Shown here: piece after piece, positions 52,122 through 56,048 of the stretch | Position numbering within the stretch: position 1 is the first letter of the stretch | How the letters are laid out: every line of letters begins with the position of its first letter | The notes under the pieces: generated by a model | The model's database searches: none | Told to the model about the DNA's origin: nothing | What the model saw: the letters and a program-made list of their open reading frames with translations, nothing else | Source: a virus | Lineage: Duplodnaviria > Caudoviricetes | Length of the DNA: 56,048 nt | Virus record (IMG/VR): IMGVR_UViG_3300032286_000209 | Coordinates: 1 to 56,048 of that record | Reading direction: 5' to 3' (one strand) | Translations under genes and position numbers: made by a program

Positions 52122-54098
52122 ATGTCAGACGCTTGGAAGACTTATCCCTTTGAGTTTACTGGTGGACTCGTATCTAATCTTTCGCCATTACAACACGGTG
52201 TTAGGCTCCCCGGTAGCGCCCGCATTCTTAAAAACCTTGAGCCTTCTATTAATGGTGGGTACAGAAGAATAGAGGGATATACTAAGCTCTCCAACAGCTT
52301 TGTTCCTGCCTATGACGAACCTCTAGTACACGGAAGCGCTCAAACAGGAACTACATTAGTAATTGCCAACATCTATAGCACTCCAGTAGAAGGGGGAACC
52401 TTTACTATTGCTGGAGTGGCTGGCACATATACCATCGCAACAGGTGGAGTATCTTATGATAGCAGTTATAAGAGAGCGACACTCACCCTAACAACTTCCC
52501 TTGCATCTAGTCCCGCTGATAAAGCCGCCATCACATTCACCTCCCATGTAGGGACGGTATTGGGGGTGGCCTATTGGAGCAGCAGAGCTATTGCTTGCAG
52601 GAACGGAAGTATATATTCCTCCACAGGAAGTGCTTGGACTAAAATTAGCAAGCCTTCCTATGGAACAGTGCTAGTTAATGGAGCAGGACAGACAGGAGCT
52701 TCCATTGCCCTAGATGGATTAACTGTTGCCCCTAGGATTGGTGACACCTTCAGTGTTGCTGGTATAGAGAAAGTTTATACTGTAACGGCTAACGCTACAC
52801 TAGTAAGTGGTGGAGCCACTGTAGCTATAAATCCCAACCTAGCTTCCAGCCCCGCTGATAATGCAGCAGTTACTTGGCTGTCCTTGGACAGAAGCAGCGC
52901 ACTAAAAACAAGATTTGCTAAATACAGAATTGGATCTGTAGAAAAGATTGCTGGGGTTGATGGCTACAATTATCCATTCATCTATGATGGTACAACTTTT
53001 TCTGAAGTAACTGGAACTACAGATGTTGAAGGGGCTGAGTTTGTTGTCTTTCATAAGAATCAATTATTCTTTGCTGTTGGACACAACTTAATATTCACTG
53101 CTCCTTATACCGACACAGACCTTACGGCTGTAAATGGTTCAGGTATTATTTCTGTAGGGGCTAAAATAACTGGATTGGTTGTCTTTAGAGACATTTTAGT
53201 TATATTTACTGAAAGAACAATTAGCCAGCTAACAGGCAATACAATTTCTGATTTTGTTCTACAGCCAGTGACAAGAAATGTTGGCTGCATATCCCCAGAC
53301 ACTATTCAAGAGATTGGTGGAGATTTGATTTTCTTAGGGCCAGAAGGATTAAGACTTTTTGGTTTGACAGACAGAGTAGGCGATTTCAATATAGGGCTGG
53401 TGTCTAAGCCGATACAGAAAGAGATGACCGATTTCATTTCATCTTGTACCAGTTTCTCTAGTGTAGTTATTAAACAGAAGTCTCAATACAGGCTTTTGGG
53501 ATTTAACACAAACACTAAAGCTGCTAGTTCTAGAGGAATCTTAGGTACGCAGATGACTATTGATAACACTAGTAATATTGCTTGGGCAGAGCTTACTGGA
53601 TTCAAAGCCTATGTAGCCGACTCTTATTATGACAATAAAATAGAAACTGTTTTATTTGCTAACACAGACGGATATGTTTACCAGATGGAAAGTGGAAACA
53701 GTCTAGACGGTTCTAACATCGTTGCTTCTTTCGCCACTCCTTTTGTGTTCATGGAAGACGCAAGAATCAGAAAGACAATGTATAAGCTTTTCCTATACAC
53801 AGACCCACAGGGAAGTGTGGCAGTGGATATCAATTTAAAATTTGATTTTGATACCCTTGGAAGTGTTCAGCCTAATCCAATTACACTGAGTAATGTTACA
53901 TCTTCTGTAGGATTTTATGGTTCAAGTGTAGCAAAATATGGTACAACTACATATGGTACTAAACTGAAGAAACTTTTTGAGACACAGGTAATAGGATCGG
54001 GATTCTCTGTATCTCTGCAATTCACATCAGAAAGCACAGATCCTCCTTTCTCTTTGGATGCTGCTACATTAGAGTATTCAACACACGATAGACGTTAA
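52122..54098 (+). CDS. Tail nozzle / DNA-stabilisation protein (P22 gp10 / T7 gp12-like)
   Basis: GGL...N.EP...GGYRRI, VGCI..DTIQE.GGD.IFL...GLR; two inserted beta-sandwich repeats ending LASSPAD. Confidence 0.8.
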   Translation: MSDAWKTYPFEFTGGLVSNLSPLQHGVRLPGSARILKNLEPSINGGYRRIEGYTKLSNSFVPAYDEPLVHGSAQTGTTLVIANIYSTPVEGGTFTIAGVAGTYTIATGGVSYDSSYKRATLTLTTSLASSPADKAAITFTSHVGTVLGVAYWSSRAIACRNGSIYSSTGSAWTKISKPSYGTVLVNGAGQTGASIALDGLTVAPRIGDTFSVAGIEKVYTVTANATLVSGGATVAINPNLASSPADNAAVTWLSLDRSSALKTRFAKYRIGSVEKIAGVDGYNYPFIYDGTTFSEVTGTTDVEGAEFVVFHKNQLFFAVGHNLIFTAPYTDTDLTAVNGSGIISVGAKITGLVVFRDILVIFTERTISQLTGNTISDFVLQPVTRNVGCISPDTIQEIGGDLIFLGPEGLRLFGLTDRVGDFNIGLVSKPIQKEMTDFISSCTSFSSVVIKQKSQYRLLGFNTNTKAASSRGILGTQMTIDNTSNIAWAELTGFKAYVADSYYDNKIETVLFANTDGYVYQMESGNSLDGSNIVASFATPFVFMEDARIRKTMYKLFLYTDPQGSVAVDINLKFDFDTLGSVQPNPITLSNVTSSVGFYGSSVAKYGTTTYGTKLKKLFETQVIGSGFSVSLQFTSESTDPPFSLDAATLEYSTHDRR

Positions 54099-54107
54099 GG
54101 AAAAACT

Positions 54108-56048
54108 ATGACAGGTTACGCAAGAGTAGACTCAGTTAACAATATTGCTGATGGTAACATTATCAATGCATCAGATTTGGATGGAGAGTTTGATGGAGTA
54201 GCTGCTGCCTTTAATAGCAGCACTGGACATGTCCACGATGGCAGTGCAGCCAATGGCGCTCCTATTACTAAAGTGGGGCCGACACAGGATGTAGTTGTTT
54301 CTGCAACAACGATGTTGCCCAAGACCACTGCCACTGTTGACATTGGTAGCAGCAGTCTTAAGTTTAAAGATTTCTATTTCAGCGGTGCTGGTAGCATCAC
54401 TGGAACCATCACTGCTGGTGGGTTCTCTGGCCCTATCAACGGAACTGTTGGAGCAACGACAGCAAGCACAGGTGCGTTCACTACACTGAGCGCTAGTTCC
54501 ACTGTGAGTGGTGCGGGCTTCAGCACCTACTTGGCTTCCCCACCTGCTATTGGTGGAACTGCTGCCGCTGCGGGTACTTTCACCACTCTCTCCATTACAG
54601 GCAACACCACCATTGGTGATGCTGCTACAGATACTATTACAGTGAATGGTCAGTTTGTCACAGGCACTGTATTCAGATCAGCACAAGCAGCAACCAATAC
54701 GCTGAACTTCGCTGCCTATGATGTGGATGGTGTTGCATACACTAACCTGATTACACTAACAGCAAGTAATACTCCTACGCTTACACTAACCTCCACAGGT
54801 GTTGGCACTATCAACAATATGTCTGTTGGTGCAACAACAGCAAGCACAGGTGCTTTCACAACATTGAGCGCTAGCTCGACTGTCAGCGGTACTGGCTTCA
54901 GCACCTATTTAGCGAGTCCTCCAGCAATTGGTGGAACAGCCGCTGCTGCTGGTTCGTTCACAACACTGAGCGCTAGCAGCACTGTTAGCGGAACAGGCTT
55001 CAGCACCTATTTAGCTTCACCTCCAGCAATCGGTGGAACGGCTGCTGCGGCGGGCACGTTTACTACGTTGACCAGTACGGGCAACACAACCATTGGTGAT
55101 GCGGATACTGACACGATTACTCAAGCAGCTTCGTATGTAACGGGTACTCAGTTGAAATCTGCAAAGGCTGCGACCAACACACTGAACCTTGCGGCCTACG
55201 ATGTGGACGGCACAGCTTATACAAATCTGGTCACGCTTACCGCCAGCAATACCCCCACACTTACGCTGACTTCAACAGGTGTAGGTTCTATCGACAATAT
55301 GACTGTTGGCGCAACAACAGCAAGTACGGGCGCTTTCACCACATTCAGCGCTAATGGCACTGCTACGTTTAGTGGCAACGTGTCAATGACCAGTTCGTCG
55401 TTTACCCGCACAGCCACAACTCAAGCGTGGTTAGATGGCTCAATGACCACTGCCACATGGATAGTCGGTGGAACTACACAAACTGGCGCTATTACGTTGG
55501 GCCGGTCTACCGGAGCGCAGACGCTTAACATTGCAACAGGCGCAACCACTGCTTCTACAACCAAAGCCATCAATATTGGAACCGCAGGTGTAAGCACTTC
55601 CGTTACAAACATAACGTCAGGCTCATCGGTAGCAGGTGCGTTGGTTACCCACACATGGAATGCTGGCGCTAACAACATGACGCTGGATTCCAGTGGCAAC
55701 TTAGGGATTGGTAATACCGCTGCAAACGTCAACGACCAAGTTGGGGCTGTTCGTCCCTTGCTTGTCTCAAAGTCGGATTCGGCAACGACCATTGCTGGTA
55801 GCCAAGCCGCGATTGTCATCGGTAACAGCGACACCACAACAAACAACACCTCGCAGCTTTCATTCGCAGCAATTACTGGCGCAAACTCCACTTTCTATAC
55901 TTCTGCTGCAATTAACTGTATTTTTGGCGCAAGAACAAATGGGCAATATCCAACGGGTCAGTTAGTATTTTCTACGTCCACCACATTAAACACTGCGCCA
56001 ACAGAGAAGATGCGTATTGACTCCAGCGGCAACGTGGGGATTGGTACT
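54108..56048 (+). CDS. Tail fibre protein (3' truncated by window)
   Basis: ATG54108 (SD AAGGA) MTGYARVD...TGHVHDG; GFSTYLASPPAIGG repeats; ends EKMRIDSSGNVGIGT. Absent from the ORF track because it has no stop. Confidence 0.88.
   Translation, partial: MTGYARVDSVNNIADGNIINASDLDGEFDGVAAAFNSSTGHVHDGSAANGAPITKVGPTQDVVVSATTMLPKTTATVDIGSSSLKFKDFYFSGAGSITGTITAGGFSGPINGTVGATTASTGAFTTLSASSTVSGAGFSTYLASPPAIGGTAAAAGTFTTLSITGNTTIGDAATDTITVNGQFVTGTVFRSAQAATNTLNFAAYDVDGVAYTNLITLTASNTPTLTLTSTGVGTINNMSVGATTASTGAFTTLSASSTVSGTGFSTYLASPPAIGGTAAAAGSFTTLSASSTVSGTGFSTYLASPPAIGGTAAAAGTFTTLTSTGNTTIGDADTDTITQAASYVTGTQLKSAKAATNTLNLAAYDVDGTAYTNLVTLTASNTPTLTLTSTGVGSIDNMTVGATTASTGAFTTFSANGTATFSGNVSMTSSSFTRTATTQAWLDGSMTTATWIVGGTTQTGAITLGRSTGAQTLNIATGATTASTTKAINIGTAGVSTSVTNITSGSSVAGALVTHTWNAGANNMTLDSSGNLGIGNTAANVNDQVGAVRPLLVSKSDSATTIAGSQAAIVIGNSDTTTNNTSQLSFAAITGANSTFYTSAAINCIFGARTNGQYPTGQLVFSTSTTLNTAPTEKMRIDSSGNVGIGT

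Noticed and set aside
54430-55350. Diversity-generating retroelement TR/VR pair
   Set aside because: No reverse transcriptase in the window; repeat differences are synonymous rather than adenine-specific.

Overview
Near-complete (probably circularly permuted, broken inside the tail-fibre region) ~56 kb genome of a short-tailed dsDNA phage. It has a T7-like replication module (primase-helicase, family A DNA polymerase, SSB, 5'-3' exonuclease), but I see no phage RNA polymerase. It also carries a B12-dependent class II ribonucleotide reductase, a MazG-like enzyme, two tRNAs and a tyrosine recombinase with no recognisable CI repressor. The + strand late arm runs: small basic proteins, terminase, portal, scaffold, N4-gp56-like capsid, adaptor/nozzle, fibres, lysis genes, large ejection proteins. 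The - strand early/middle arm (12.6-35.0 kb) and the late arm diverge from a ~1.2 kb non-coding hub. That hub holds two long hairpins, tandem DnaA boxes, three LexA (SOS)-type boxes and a G-quadruplex-like tract. The SOS-box type suggests a beta/gamma-proteobacterial host (inference). Best candidates for undescribed biology: (1) a [MFYL]-[ANQ]-x-G-G peptide tag found 10 times in 6 unrelated late proteins, with a candidate tag-processing protein encoded between portal and scaffold, plus a second K/A-G-L-x-S/A/Q tag on ejection-cluster proteins; (2) possible LexA-controlled lysogeny without a phage repressor; (3) a candidate virion-delivered ADP-ribosyltransferase paired with an early ADP-ribosylglycohydrolase; (4) several structured RNAs, including a two-state element at 29.2-29.4 kb and a repeated SD-sequestering hairpin. 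Family names come from recalled motifs; no database search was run.
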